NCBI RefSeq assembly: GCF_036365525.1
Contig: NC_090401.1
Location: 31,083,036-31,147,035 of the forward strand
Direction of reading: 5' to 3'
Source: Heterodontus francisci
Lineage: Eukaryota
DNA: 64,000 nt
Below, in pieces: positions 49,131 through 62,752 of this stretch. Both the position numbers and the translations under genes were made by a program. A model generated the notes under the pieces. That model was not told where the DNA came from and searched no databases. It was given only the letters and a program-made list of their open reading frames with translations. The stretch's first letter is position 1, and every line of letters begins with the position of its first letter.

Positions 49131-52100
49131 GAGTTGCATATTTTGGACTTTATTTGTTCCTGGTTTAACTTCAAAGGACTTTTCCAAATCTTCTGACACA
49201 GAGTTGCAGGAGGCTTCAGGGACAGTGGGGTCACAATTCCCATATAAAGTTATTGCCAAAGCATTATTTTTAGCACAGGATTGTTCCTGTTACTTTCTGC
49301 AATTGAAGAATAATAAATATTTTCTGATAGCTTAGTTTAGTTTAGTTTAGTTTAGAGATACAGGACTAAAACAGGCCATTCGGCCCACCGAGTCTGTGCC
49401 GACCATCTGCCACCCAATAGTGCCCTATGGATCAAATAAAAGCAAAATACTGCGGATGCTGGAAATCTGAAATAAAAACAGAAAGTGCATCTGTGGAGAG
49501 AGAAGCAGAGGTAATGTTTCAAGTCTGTGACCTTTCTTCAGAACTCAAGAGCCCTATGGATCTCCACTACTAACAATCCCTTACCAGAGCTTTTCCTATT
49601 TATTATCATTTTCTGCTTCCTGTTGTTTAGCCAGATTTCAGTCCAACTTTCAATGCCTATTTAGCATTTATTCTATGAAGCTTAATCTTACAATGTGAAT
49701 TTTATCAAGTCCCTCTGAAAATTCAAGCAGATTATATGGTTGATTCCATGATTGGCAACTCCTGGTGAGAAGCAGCACGGGTCAGAAAATCGTGGGTCTG
49801 CAGCCCCTGATTTTCCATCCATTTAAATATTTAAATTAATATACCAGGGTCTGTAAGCCTGTGATTTCCCGAACAGCATGCCCTATAAGTGCCAATTCTT
49901 GCCAGGAGAGCTCAATTGGAGAATCAGTCCTGATATCCATGGGACTGACATCCCAACAACTCAGTTACTTCCTTCAAAAAGTTAGAATAGGTTTGTGAGG
50001 CTCAACCTCATGTTACAAAATCCAAAATACCTGTGGTTTTTGGCCTCCAGGCTTTTCAGATGTTGATAGCATGCTATGCAATGCTTCTGGACACAAAACG
50101 CGATGAAACATACTGTGTTAAAACATTATGCTGCATTACTTGTGTGTGACAAAGTGGCACCGTTTTTCTTCTTTCCCAAAAGTTTGCCAAACATTTTTCA
50201 TGAACTTGTTGCCACTTTAAAATGCAGCTGCTAATTCATGAGTCTGGATGTGCACCAAAAGTGATTGTTAGGAGCAAAGAAATAACGTGAGCAATATAGT
50301 AAATGTTATCAGGTTTGTGCACAACCAGAAAAGGACAGGAGGAAGATCTTCCTCAGCTTGGTCCCAACATCAGAAGAACCCCCAGTGACAACACCCTCCC
50401 CCGCCGCCCACCCCCAAGGAACCAGTGTTAAAAGTTTGATTCTTACTCCACCCTCACAGTTGAAGTTGATAATTTGGTAGCATATCCTTTTCAAATTAGC
50501 GTCAAATAGGTGCTATAAATTCTGCCCACTCAGCCTGTTTAAACCCATTTCACACAAAGACTTCAGAACCAGCAGAGGAGTCTTTCATCCCTTCAGTTTA
50601 GGCCGCATCTAGATCCACAGCACAGAGATGAAATGTGGGTGTTCTGTTCAAAGGTATCGCTGAGTTGTTGCCCCATTTTTGCTTCCTGCTGATTTGGGAG
50701 GTTCGATCCTGAATATTGATATATTTTACTCATCTATATGGATGAATATTAACTCTAATTAGTAAAATAATAACCAGGGAGCCCGCAGTTAATATTTTAA
50801 AGTAATAAGTTGATTTCATGGTACAATGGGCTGAATTGTATTTGGGCAGCACCAGCACCATTTTTAAAGGGCCTTAAGCCCTTCCAAATAATTATAATTT
50901 TTAAAGGGAAAATATAATTGATTTTTATTAAATATAAAAATAAGTGATGGAGGCCTTTCCCCAACCCCCCACAATGGGGGGTTTCATTGCCTGAAATGAC
51001 AATCAATTGATTTTGTCAAATACCCAACGTTTCCCCCCCAACCTTCAATCTTTTGCCCTTCAACTGCATCCCACCATCCTCACGTCCAATAAAAATTGAT
51101 TTCCCCACTCCTCCACACCTCTTGCCTTGAAAATTTTATTCCTCCCTCCTCCCCACCAGGTTCTCACCTCGGAACTCCGCGCGAAGGCCTAACGGAGGCT
51201 GTAAAATCAGCGTGGGACGGCAGGTAAGTTATTTTGCATACATTTATCTGCATATGAAGATTCAGGGCCCGCTGCCAGGCAGTGGGGGGAGCCACACCGC
51301 GGTTCACCCGTTGCTGGTAATATGCAGCGGGCCCTTCTCAACATTGCAGGTCAAGGCGGGCCTCTCCCCACAGAATTTTACGGGTCCCCGCGCCGCGACC
51401 CACAGCATCGAGGGGCCAGAAAAATTCAGCCCAATGTGTCTTTCTCCATGAACTGTAATTAGGAGTATGGTATTAAACTAACAATTATAGGACTGTTCAT
51501 AGGAATTGTTTCAATTGTAAGGCACAATTCCAAGTATTTCCCATTTCCCAACCCATTGCACATTGAATCATTAATAATGGTAATTTCCTGTGTAAATAAA
51601 GACCTTGCATTTATATATCTTTCATGTCTTCAGTATGTCCTAAAACACTTCTCAGCCAATTAATTACTATTTTGAAGCAGAGTCACAGTTCTGCTGGCAA
51701 ATGACAACAAATTAATGCACAGCAAGATCACAAAAACAGCAGTGAGATAAATGACCAGCTATTTTGTTTCAATGTTGTTGGTTTAGGAATGTGTTGACCA
51801 GGACACCAGGAGAACTCCCCTGCTATTTTTCAAATAGTGCCATCATTTTCTTACACCTGAATAACAAGATGAGACCTCGGTTAAAATGTCTCATCCAAGA
51901 GGGAAGCACCTCCGCCACCATGCAGAAATTTCAGCCTAAATTAGGCTCTCAAGTGCTGTAGGGGGTCGGTGGGGGGGGGGGGCGTGGGGGGGGGTGGTGC
52001 TTTCACCTACAGCTGTCTGACTTGGGCATGAGAGGGGCTACCAGTTAACCAAGGGGGCTGGTTTACCATCACCAGTGCATAGGAAACACTTTCCTCCCGC

Positions 52101-53376
52101 ATATGTTTGAGTCTGGTGGTTTTGTCTCTTCAGTCTGTTCTGGATTCAAAGTTGGGTCATTATTGTTCAGTGACATTACTCTGAGCCAATTCACCACCTA
52201 GTGAATCTCCCAAATTAGCAGCTGTTAGTGTTTGTAATGGGTTGACAGCCAGTACAGAATTACTGAAAAAGTGCAAGTGTCTTTCATAAGGTGCTGAACA
52301 TTAAAGTGCACAGATTAAGTGATAATTTAAATATACAGTAACCGAATATAAATGCAGAACTTTAGAGACAAATACTCTAACTTTTCAGAACCCATAATAT
52401 TAAATTGTAAGTCAAGAAGAATAGTCACTCTCCAAGACAGATGAAATAACAGCAGCTTGCATTTGTACAGTGCCTTCAATGTTGAAAAATATTCCAAGGA
52501 GCTTTACTGAGATATAATCACAGCCAAAGAAGGAAAGATTAAGAGCAGACCAAAAGCTTGGTCAAAGAGTTGGGTTTTAAGGGAAAAGAAAACACCAAAA
52601 CAAATGTTATTTAAGGTGTAATTTAATCAAGGTTTGTTACATAAAAGTATTAAGATTTGGTTATTGTGATTTAAAGTATGACATCTTCTCAGATATTCAT
52701 TTGTAGATGCAATGTGTACTTTTATCACCTCAAATCATTCTGACATAAGATATTGCAGATGCAGGGTTTCCCAAGACCCACATGTCAGCCATGAGACTTG
52801 TAGTTTTTGAGCAGTGTACTGTATTTATGAAGTAGCCCCACTCCTGACAAAAATCTCATGCGATACAGTTGAGAACCTTGCAACTCCAGTTATATTTCCA
52901 TGCTTTATGCCAAAGTTACAGGGGAGAGGGGTTTTATGGCAAAACAACAGCAACTTGCATTTATAGAACACTTTTAATGTAACAAATGTTCCCGTGTGCT
53001 TTTACAAGAGCATTATCAGACACCATTTGACACAACCACATAAAAGGACAGCTTGGGGATCAAGGAGGTACATTTTAAGGAGCACTTTACAAATGGGATA
53101 TATACTTCAGCCCAACCCCCAGCAGATAAGATTCATTCTTGGAGTGGACCACAATAAGTATTGGTGTTACGACCAGGTGAGAAAGAGAAACTGGAGATTG
53201 CTGTCAATCTCCCCATGAGCTTCAAGTATTTTCTGCATTTGCACTGTTAAAAACTAATTAAAGTCAGCACTAAAAGTTAGGGTTAGTACTTAACTATGCA
53301 AGGACCCTTTTAATGATTTATGTTCCTGCAATACCACTTAACCTCTCCAGCCCAGAAAGGGAACAGTTGAAGCTAT

Positions 53377-55197
53377 TGTAACAACTCGGTGAGAAAGGTG
53401 ACGAGGGGTCCCTCTCAGTCTTCACCTGGTCTTACTGTAACAGGGTTTAATTTTAAATACACAGTGTTTGAGCTACCCCTTGGTGAATCCTTGTTCACCC
53501 CTTTCCAATTATAAGGCAAAGAAACCAGCGCAAACAGGCTTTCTTAGGTTTAAAGAAAAAAAGGTGAAATTTTATTAAACTTGGAGGTTTTAAAACACAA
53601 ACACTAATTCGGTTAACGCCTATGAATACACGACGTGCCCACGCTAGCATGCATACATGCAAATAGAGACAGAGAAGAGCAGAAGAAAAATAAAATGGAT
53701 AGGTTTGAGGCAATATCTGAAGAGTTGTTGTTATAGTTCTTCCAGCTCACTGTCGAGTCCTTGATTATAGGTAGATCTTGCTTTTCGTTGGGCTCCAGTA
53801 TTCTTCTTAAACCTAGTTCACTGTAGGTGACCTTTCTCTCTTGGGGTTCATGTGTCTTCAGTGGGTTTTGGAGTTCCGCGAGAAAGAGATGGGAGCAGAC
53901 AGGCAGGAGAGGAGGTCTGCTTCAGTCCAGGAGCATTCTGCTTTTGCCAGTTCAAACACTGCAACAGCCAGTTAGTTATGTGACTAACTGGCCTGGCCAT
54001 GTCAGTTTGTGGATCGAATTGAAGCAGGGAATAGCTCCTTTGTCTACGAGCACTGTCTGTTAATCTGTAAATGTATCTTTCCAGCCAGGGGCCTGGCAAC
54101 CCCTTGTCACAGGTCTTCTCTTTTTCTCAGCAACAATTTGAAATTTAATGTCCATGTGGCAAAAATAATAAGCCACATTGTTGCCAGTTTGGGGGGGGGG
54201 GGGGCTGCATGACAATTGGTATTAAATTCAATGGTGCACTTACAGGATCCACAGAACACTTGCCATTTCTATGAAATGTAGTCACAGAACTGAATGCCTC
54301 CATTCACCCTGTGGTCAGTTATAGAATGACAAAATCTGGGGCTGAAACAGTGTAGAATGTTTCACCCAAAACTAATTAAGAAGATTGCTAACAGGGCATC
54401 TGGGTATTAGCAAAAGGATAGAACCACCTATACTAAAATTAAAAGTATTTTCAATTACTGGATTTATTTTGAAACCCCAACCTAGAGAATATTCAACAGG
54501 TACTAACAGAATGCTACTTCATTTCCGGCCCAAGTAAATCCTCAGGAGCTGCCTAACTGCGGAGAATCTACTTTAAAGCAGCATGCTGAATTTAGGGCTC
54601 ATCTTCAGAACTCTGAATAAGCTCTTTAGCAGCACAGCCAGTGGCAGCACCAGCACTTCCTACTATAGCAGCACCAGCAGTAGAGAGTCCAGCAGCTCCT
54701 TCATGAAGAAAAGAACATATATTAATCCTTACAAATATGTAGCAATATTTAGAACACATTCGTTAAACTTTATAAAACTGCCTCCATTCCCACTCTGAGA
54801 GAATCTGTTTATCCTGTGCTATGAACCATTCTTCAAAAAAAATAAAATGCACAGCCAAGAAACTATTCAGGCCTTTGATCTTATTTATTTTATTTATTGA
54901 TTTAGAGATACAGCACTGAAACAGGCCATTCGGCCCACCGAGTCTGTGCCGACCAACAACCACCCATTTATACTAACCCTACAGTAATTCCATATTCCCT
55001 ACCACCTACCTACACTAGGGGCAATTTACAATGGCCAATTTACCCATCAACCTGCAAGTCTTTGGATGTAGGAGGAAACACCCAGCAAAAACCCACGCGG
55101 TCACAGGGAGAACTTGCAAACTCCGCACAGGCAGTACCCAGAATCGAACCCGGGTCCCTGGAGCTGCAGTGCAAACCACTGCGCCACTGTGCTGCCC
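53377..55197 (-). mobile_element. Duplicates of the solo LTR (53377-54214) and HE1-like SINE (54881-55197)
   Basis: Match 19191-20031 and 20698-21014. Confidence 0.7.
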
Positions 55198-58100
55198 TTG
55201 CTAATATAAAGGCTGCTGAGTAAGTCTTCTCTCCTGAATGGCCATCCAGTTTTCCCCTAATTTGTGCATTAAAAAGTTATTTCAAAATACAAACTACAGA
55301 ATAGAGCTTTTTGTAGTGACTTTGCTGATCAGTTTCACTCTATATTAAACAAACATAGCAGCACCAGAGTTTTATTATGACACTAGTTCACCAATATTAG
55401 CCATTTAAGCAATCACTATCTCACCCACAGCCAAGACTGATAACTTCCTGTCTGAGAAACCACGGAGCCCTGCCCCCACACAAACTTCACCACTTTCTAT
55501 GTTTATACATGGAAGGATGACTTAAAGGTGTTGGACAAGTGATTACATTAAGATCAATCTTCATAACTTTTCCTCAATTTGATTTAAAAGAAAACATGGA
55601 ATCTTACCAATAGACTGGAGGGTTGCGACAACACCACCAGCTGCTACACCCCCTCCATTAGCGACTGCAGCCACAGACATCATTTTTGCTCCCAAGGATC
55701 CAGCTGCTATTCCAGCACCAGTGAAGCCAGCTGCACCAACAACAACTGGGGCAGCAACTACTGCAGCAGCTGCAAAAATAGAATAAAGTCAGTTGATAAG
55801 GGAACTAAAAATTTGCTTGGTGATACAGCACCCCGTTTAGGCTCTTGGCTGTAGAGATCACAGCTCCAACAAATCCAAAAATGGCATGGGAAGAAATGGA
55901 GCAAAGGGGTTTGCCATGACCCTGGCAGCCTTTCAAAAAGAAAGGAGCATGACCTTCAGTTAGCAAGAGTATAAATTACACCATGATGTCTTTGTTTTAA
56001 AAGAGCACATCATCATGTCACATGTTTGCATTTTAAAGTTGCAAATTTGAAAAAGAAAGGTGACTTTGCAATGAAATACTCAACCCTGATACTCAGAATG
56101 GACCATAAAAAACGTACAGCACAGGAGGCCATTCAGGCCATCATGCCTGTGCTGCCTCTTTGAAAGAAAAGTCATGCTTAGTTCCACACCTCCACTTATT
56201 GTCCATAACCTGCAAGTTCCTCATCCTCAACTATCTGTCCATCTCCCTTTTAAAACTATTTATGGAATTAGCTTCCACCGCCTTTTCAGACAGAGCATTC
56301 CAGATTCCCACAACTCAGTGAAAAAAAAAATCTCTCCTCATCTTCCCACTAGATCTTTGGCCAATGATTTGAAATCAATGACATCTGGTTATTAACCCAA
56401 TATTTTTTTCTACTTTATTTGCTTCTTTAACCACCTTATTAACTTGCCCTGCCACCTTTATGAATTTGTGTATATGAACAACAAAGTCTCTCTGTTCATC
56501 TACACTCACTCAATCTAGGCTGGCAATTTAGTGCAGTGCTAAAGGACGGATGAATTGTCAGAGATGCCATTTTTCCAAGGAGATGTAAAACCAAGCTGCC
56601 ATCTGCTTATTCAGGTGGATGCAGCAAAAGATGCCATGGCACTTTTTGAAGAATAGCAGGAGTTCTTCTGGTGTTCTGGGCAACATTCCTCAATCAGTAA
56701 ATACCACTGAAAATAGATCATCTAGTTATTTTTTCCATTTGCTGTTTGTTGGACCATCCTGTGCACAAATTGGTTGCCACATTTCCTGACAGAGCAGCAG
56801 TGACTGCACATAATCAAGCAATTGTGAAGCAATATCGGGACATCCTGAGAAGGTGTATATCAATGCAATTTCTTTTACCTGCTCCTCCTGCAACCCAGGC
56901 AACTGTCGACCAATCTATAAATACATGGGCAAAACAGAAATATTAGACAAGTATTCAACGGTGAGACAAGCCACTCATTTGATAACTTTCTTGACTGCTA
57001 AGTCAGTAATGTAGGAAAGCAGTCAAGTTACAACCAGCATTTTATTAGTTTGCAGACTACTTGTGTAATTGTTTCCTCTCAGCATGAGCACTAATAATGT
57101 CAGGGGCACATTCATATACAATCCTACAGATCCCAAGCTCAAGGGTCCCTGCTAAATATGGGGGTCCCTCCAGGGTTAGCAAACTATGTCCAATAAGCAT
57201 CTCCCTGTCCACAATCCCATTGGACAAGAAATCTCCTGGCCACGCCCATGAGTCTCAGTGCTGGAGAGCTGCAGTCCAGTTTTCTCCTTTCAGGTAGGTT
57301 TTAATGAATGGGGATGAGGGGGGAGGGAGTTGTTCAGGGTTGCTGAAGGACCCTAAAGAGCCCTAAGAATTCTTAATTGGTCTCTGATTAAGCTATTTTT
57401 ATATTACTTACTTCTAGGCTATTGGCACCAGTTCTCAGGCAGCTGAAGGCAACAGTGTAGCCTTGCCGGAGTTGCAAAGGCTGGTGATTGGGAGGACCTG
57501 GTTTTAAGAAAAATGCCTGCACTGGGTCATTTTCTATCAAGTTCGTGGATGCAAAAATAACTGGGAGTGTCCATCTGACACTTTCCCAATGCAGTGAACA
57601 ATACTGGTTTAGAAGGAAAAAAAAGTGGTTAAGTGTTGCATTCCCCCAGCCCTGCGATCTCAAACCTGACAGAACACACGAAAATGAAAAACCATTCAAG
57701 AAAAATAGTTTCTCTTAGCAACACAATTAATGGTAGTTTACAATCACTATGGATTCTATGGACACACAGTATGGAAAAGAGGGAAGAGATATGAGGAAGA
57801 GGATGAGTAGAGGAGAATGGGGGTTACCTATATCACATGAAGGTAGGCTTGAACCTGCAAAACAGGGAAGATAACAGAATGAGAACATTTTATTTTATTT
57901 TTGTCTTTTAAAAATATATTTCTTCTATACACCCAAAATCATCTCACGTATCATTGCTCACAACGTCAGAGGATACCAACTTGCATTTATATATCATCTT
58001 ATCAACTTCAAAATGACCAAAAGCATTTTATGATCAATGAATTACTTTGGAATTGCACGGGTATTTAGAGAAAAGTGTATAGAAAATTGAAAACTTTCAA

Positions 58101-58890
58101 TATAATTTACATAGCTAGATGGACGTATCTCCACTATGCCCTTTGCATATGCTCAAGAATAGTTAAATATTCAAACAAAATGTGCTTCAAAATAGTTTAG
58201 CACACCATCCCATATTTTTAATCACTATAAATCCCAACTGGGATATTTGGTGATTTCTTCTGCACTATCTGTGCCAGATGTAATTGATGTTCGATGATTC
58301 TATGTTATTCCAGGTAACATGAAAAGTTTGATATCTCACTTTTCCCCTCCATCTTGATTCAATCATGCCTGACTGCTGTCTGCCCCTCAAACATTATGCT
58401 TAACACTGTTCCATCAAGAATCCTAAGCTTTTGAACTGTGCTCATAATCTCAGTCAACTGGTAGAATTGCTAAATGTACTGTTTCTTTTTAAATGGTAAA
58501 GCAGCTTCAACTGTTCATTTCTTGACTTCAGCGGTTTCCTTCTAGTCACTTGCCAATAATTTGTGAATTCTCCTTTTCACCAGCTGGGTCTTTCCTTCCA
58601 GCTTTAGTGTTCAGTCTTTGCGATCCAAAGTTTAAAGTTACCTACTCAGAGTTCACAGACTTATTTGCCCATTCTATACTTATCAATGTATTGAGACTTT
58701 ATTGCTTACTTGTTTCCAATCAAAACTAACTTTTTTACAAAAAAGGGAGAAGATTCAGCAAGATTGTAGAGAAAGGCCAGGCATAAATTTGCAAGTATTT
58801 GAAATGAATCAACATTACCACATAAATCTACTTCTCACCTGTGTTGAAAGAAGCAGACAAGATCAATGCAATATAGACCAGCTCTCGCAT
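54592..58890 (-). CDS. Gene B copy 2: IFI6-like ISG12-family protein, 127 aa, spliced
   Basis: Exons 58890-58839, 57854-57828, 56914-56879, 55769-55608 and 54698-54592. Two synonymous differences from copy 1 seen (55735, 58867). Confidence 0.82.
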
Positions 58891-59164
58891 TTTTCCAATA
58901 TTTTCAAGGAAGACTGATACAAGTATTGTAGATTTCAGTAATAGCTGGAACACAATAGGACCTTCCTGCACAGATCAACACAAGAAGCAATTTCAATTAA
59001 AAAGGTTACAAGGGAAGTACTGACAGTGCTGTGTAATAACCTCATCTGGTAGCAGATTTATAAATTACAGGTAGAGATGGTTCAAATTGTTATCGGAAAA
59101 GCTCGGTTTCATGTTTTGTCTACAGTAATCTTCAGTGAAATTATAATTCTTCACTCTTAAAATG

Positions 59165-59956
59165 TGTTACAACCAAGTGAGAAATGTGTCCAGGGGTCTG
59201 TTACTATCTTCATCTGGTCTTATTGCAACAGGGTTTAATTTTAAACACGGTTTTGATCTCCCCTTTGTGAATCCGTGTTCACAACTTTCCAACTATAAGG
59301 CAAAGAAATGAGCACAAACAGGCTTTCTGTGGTTTAACGAAGAAAGATGAAATTTATTAAACCTTAAACTTGAACTCTAATACAGTTAACACCTACGGAT
59401 ATACAAATACCCACGCAATACACATATGCAAATAGAGACAGAAAAGAGCAGAAGAAAAGATAAGTAGAACAGTTTGAGACAATATCTTGTTACAGTTTCT
59501 CGAGCTCGCTGTAGTCCTTGATTGAATATATGGTCTTGTGTTTCATTGGGGCCCAGTATTCTTCGTAAACCTTATTCACATAGGAGATTCTGAGTTTACG
59601 TATCTTCACAAGATTCAGTTCTGTGGGAAAAAGAGATTGAGGCAGGCAGACAGGAGAGGAAGTAATTCTTGCTTCAGTTCCAGAAGAGATCTTCACTTCA
59701 TGAGCACAGAGCTTTGTCTTTTCAAAGTTTTGCGTTTCCAGTTTAAAGCTCCCCTGGTTGGCCAGCAGGTGGTCACGTGACCGATTGGTTTGACCAGGTC
59801 TCTTCCGTGCATTGGGGCAGGGACTGGTTCCTTTGTTTCAACACTGTCTGCTACTATGCAAATGTCCTTCCAGTCAGGGCTTGCAATTTTAAGTTATTGT
59901 TCAAGTGGTGAAATAATGTGTGCCTCAGTCTTGGCAGGTGGGGGGTTTGCCTGATA
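59165..59956 (-). mobile_element. Solo LTR (duplicate of 24982-25773)
   Basis: Same termini and aatg target-site duplication. Confidence 0.75.
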
Positions 59957-62176
59957 AATGATTGTAGATAAAAACTTTATTCTTAGTAGGTTACATCAGT
60001 GGCTAGTTCTAATAAACATGTAGTCATGTAGCTGCTGTCAGAGGTGGTGTTTCCTTATGCATTCCTGAGATATGGGAAATGCTGGAAAAGCTGAATTTTT
60101 AATACCCATCGCTAGTTGCCCCAAGATTCTTCTCCTTGAATCATTGCAGTCCTTTTGGTGAGTTTTTCCAAAATGGTGTAGGGAATTTCAGGATTTTGAT
60201 CCAGCAACCATAAAGAAATGGTGGATGTACATCCAAGTCAAGATGGTATTTGACTTGGAGGGGGAAGGTGTTCCCATACTCTTGCTGCTCTTAACTTTGG
60301 TAAAAGTGCTGTTGAAGTAAGCTTGCAAGTTGATACAATGCAACCTTTAAATCATACATATTGCAGTCACAGGGTTCTGGTGATTAAAAGGGTGGATATT
60401 GAATTCAATGCCCAAGGACCGATCAAGCAGACCACTCTGTATTGGATAGGTTAAGCTTTGAGTGATAGTGCAGATGTATCCATCACAATTGACTTTGTAG
60501 TGAAGAAGCACTGGGGGGCCAGCAGGTGAGCCAATTATCAGTGTACCCATCTTCTGTTCTATTCCTGCAGCCATGGCATTGGTATGGTGGGGCCAGTTAG
60601 GTTTCTGGACAATGTTGATAACATTAAATGTCTTACTGGAGATGGTCATTACTTGGCACATAGTGGTGTGAATATTAGCCCGTCTGGATATTATCCAGGT
60701 CCTGTTGCAAGCTGGCATGACTTGCTCTTTGAGTTGTGAATGAAGCTTAAAATCGTACAATCGACAGCCCCATTCCTGACCTGATAAAGGGAAGTAGCTG
60801 AAGATGGTTGGGCTGAGGACACTTCACTGAGAAAGCCCTGGGGCTGCAATGATTGGCCTCCAACAACATGAGCCTCTTTCTCAGTTTCAAATATAACCTC
60901 AGCACCACATTCCCACCTACCCCCGATAACCTTTCACCCCTTGCTCAAGAATCTATCCACCTCTACCTTAAAAATATTTAAGGACTCTGCTTTCATCGCC
61001 TTTTGAGGAAGAGAGTTCCAAAGACTCACAACCCTCAGAGGAAAGATTTCTCCTCATCTCTGTCTGAAATGGGCAACCACTTATTTTTAAGACAGTGACC
61101 CCTAGTTCTAGATTCTTCCACAAGAGGAAACATCCTTTCCACAACCACCCTGTCAAGACCCCTCAGGAGTTTAACCGCACATCTGCTCCATGCCTGACAT
61201 TGCTGTATCATTTATGTATAAACAATGGGGAGTACTATTAGCGTCACATTTTGATAGCAAATTATGGCCTATTATGTTGCTGAGATTCTTTCTCATCTCC
61301 TTTTCTGTATATATCTCCTGGTGTGAATAGCTACCCGAAACCTACTTGCCGATTTTAATTTTATTCCTGTTTTACAAGATTCCTTTTTAACCACCCTGCC
61401 CAACTGCAGTCACTCCTTATCACCTGTCAGTATCTTGATCCATTACCAATTCCAAACAAGTTTTTTTATTTCACTTACAGCTGGTCCCAATAGTGAACTA
61501 TTTCCCCTGTTGTGCCCAATGCTCACCTCGGAGACTGAACACTTCATAACCTGTGGCATTTACTAATCTTTACAAGCATTTCAATGGTCCCCAATTCTAC
61601 TATCCTTTCCTTCATCTCCATGACTTGCAAACATTCATAGATACTCGAGCTAACTCCCCACTCAATGACAGGACCGATGCCACAATCCACAGCTCCCTAT
61701 TCTTTCCTTTGTTCACTAGATTCTCAAATATATTTGAACAATTCATAAAAAGAAACCTCGTCCATTAACTAGTTTCAACCAATTTAATCTGTAGACGGTT
61801 TTCATCTTATTCTGAAACTTGTTACTATCCATCAACATATTTTGTTATCCGATTTAAGCCAATGTCTGACCTGCACAGTATCCGCAGAACATGAAATGAA
61901 TGGGTTAACACTTCTGCAAAAAGTGCGGAGAGACTCATTTCAGGAAAGGGACAGTGGCTTGTCTCATAGCTGAAAAAGAAATGCACCTGGAAGAGTGTTA
62001 CTGCACCAGCCATCAATATCACACAAGTAACAGAAATACAATGGTAATTTATGAATATATTGGTGTATATGTGCAATAATTTTAAATGCTTATTATAGAA
62101 AAGTAATATCGCTAAAAATGCAAACTGTAGAATAGCTACACTGCATCAAATTTCTTTGAACTATCCTCTATATTAC

Positions 62177-62524
62177 CTGATATATGTTGGAGTTGCCTAA
62201 AACCAAACAGAACTTCACTCGGAACAACCTGACACACAGCGCATTGCAGAATATATAGCAAACTGAGAGGAGTCTCCTGGGTCCTAATGCTCAATAAGTT
62301 CAACATGTTCAATTTTCAATCCACCTCGATCTATTTTTTTTGCAGCAAGAACAGTCTCCCCCAGTATTTTATAACTGTAGTTTAGAACAGAAAGCCGAGG
62401 GACGTCACCTTTTTTTTTCACTATTAATTTTTAACCAAGGCGCTGAAGAGTCTGTAGATTCAAGAAATGGAAACTCCATTATCAGTTTCGTTTCCTCGGA
62501 AATCCACATGATGTCACTGACAGC
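62177..62524 (-). promoter_or_regulatory. Gene B copy 2 exon 1, core promoter and ISRE cluster
   Basis: Donor at 62177. GAAATGGAAACT at 62464-62475 and consensus AGTTTCGTTTCC at 62484-62495. Confidence 0.72.
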
Positions 62525-62752
62525 TCTTCAGCAGAAGCTTTTATAAATGCAACAACGTTTAGAGATTTAAAACTTTAGAAGGTGTATGTATGTTGGAGAC
62601 AGTTTTTAATTTGCCGCACTGATCTGAAACTAAAGTTGTGGATCAATGATGTCAATAGAAATGAAAACCAGGCAGTTTCAATAACACTGGCAGATCGGCA
62701 GTGTTAGATTTACACCCAAGTGGCAAATTGAGAATCAACCCCATTGTGTGTG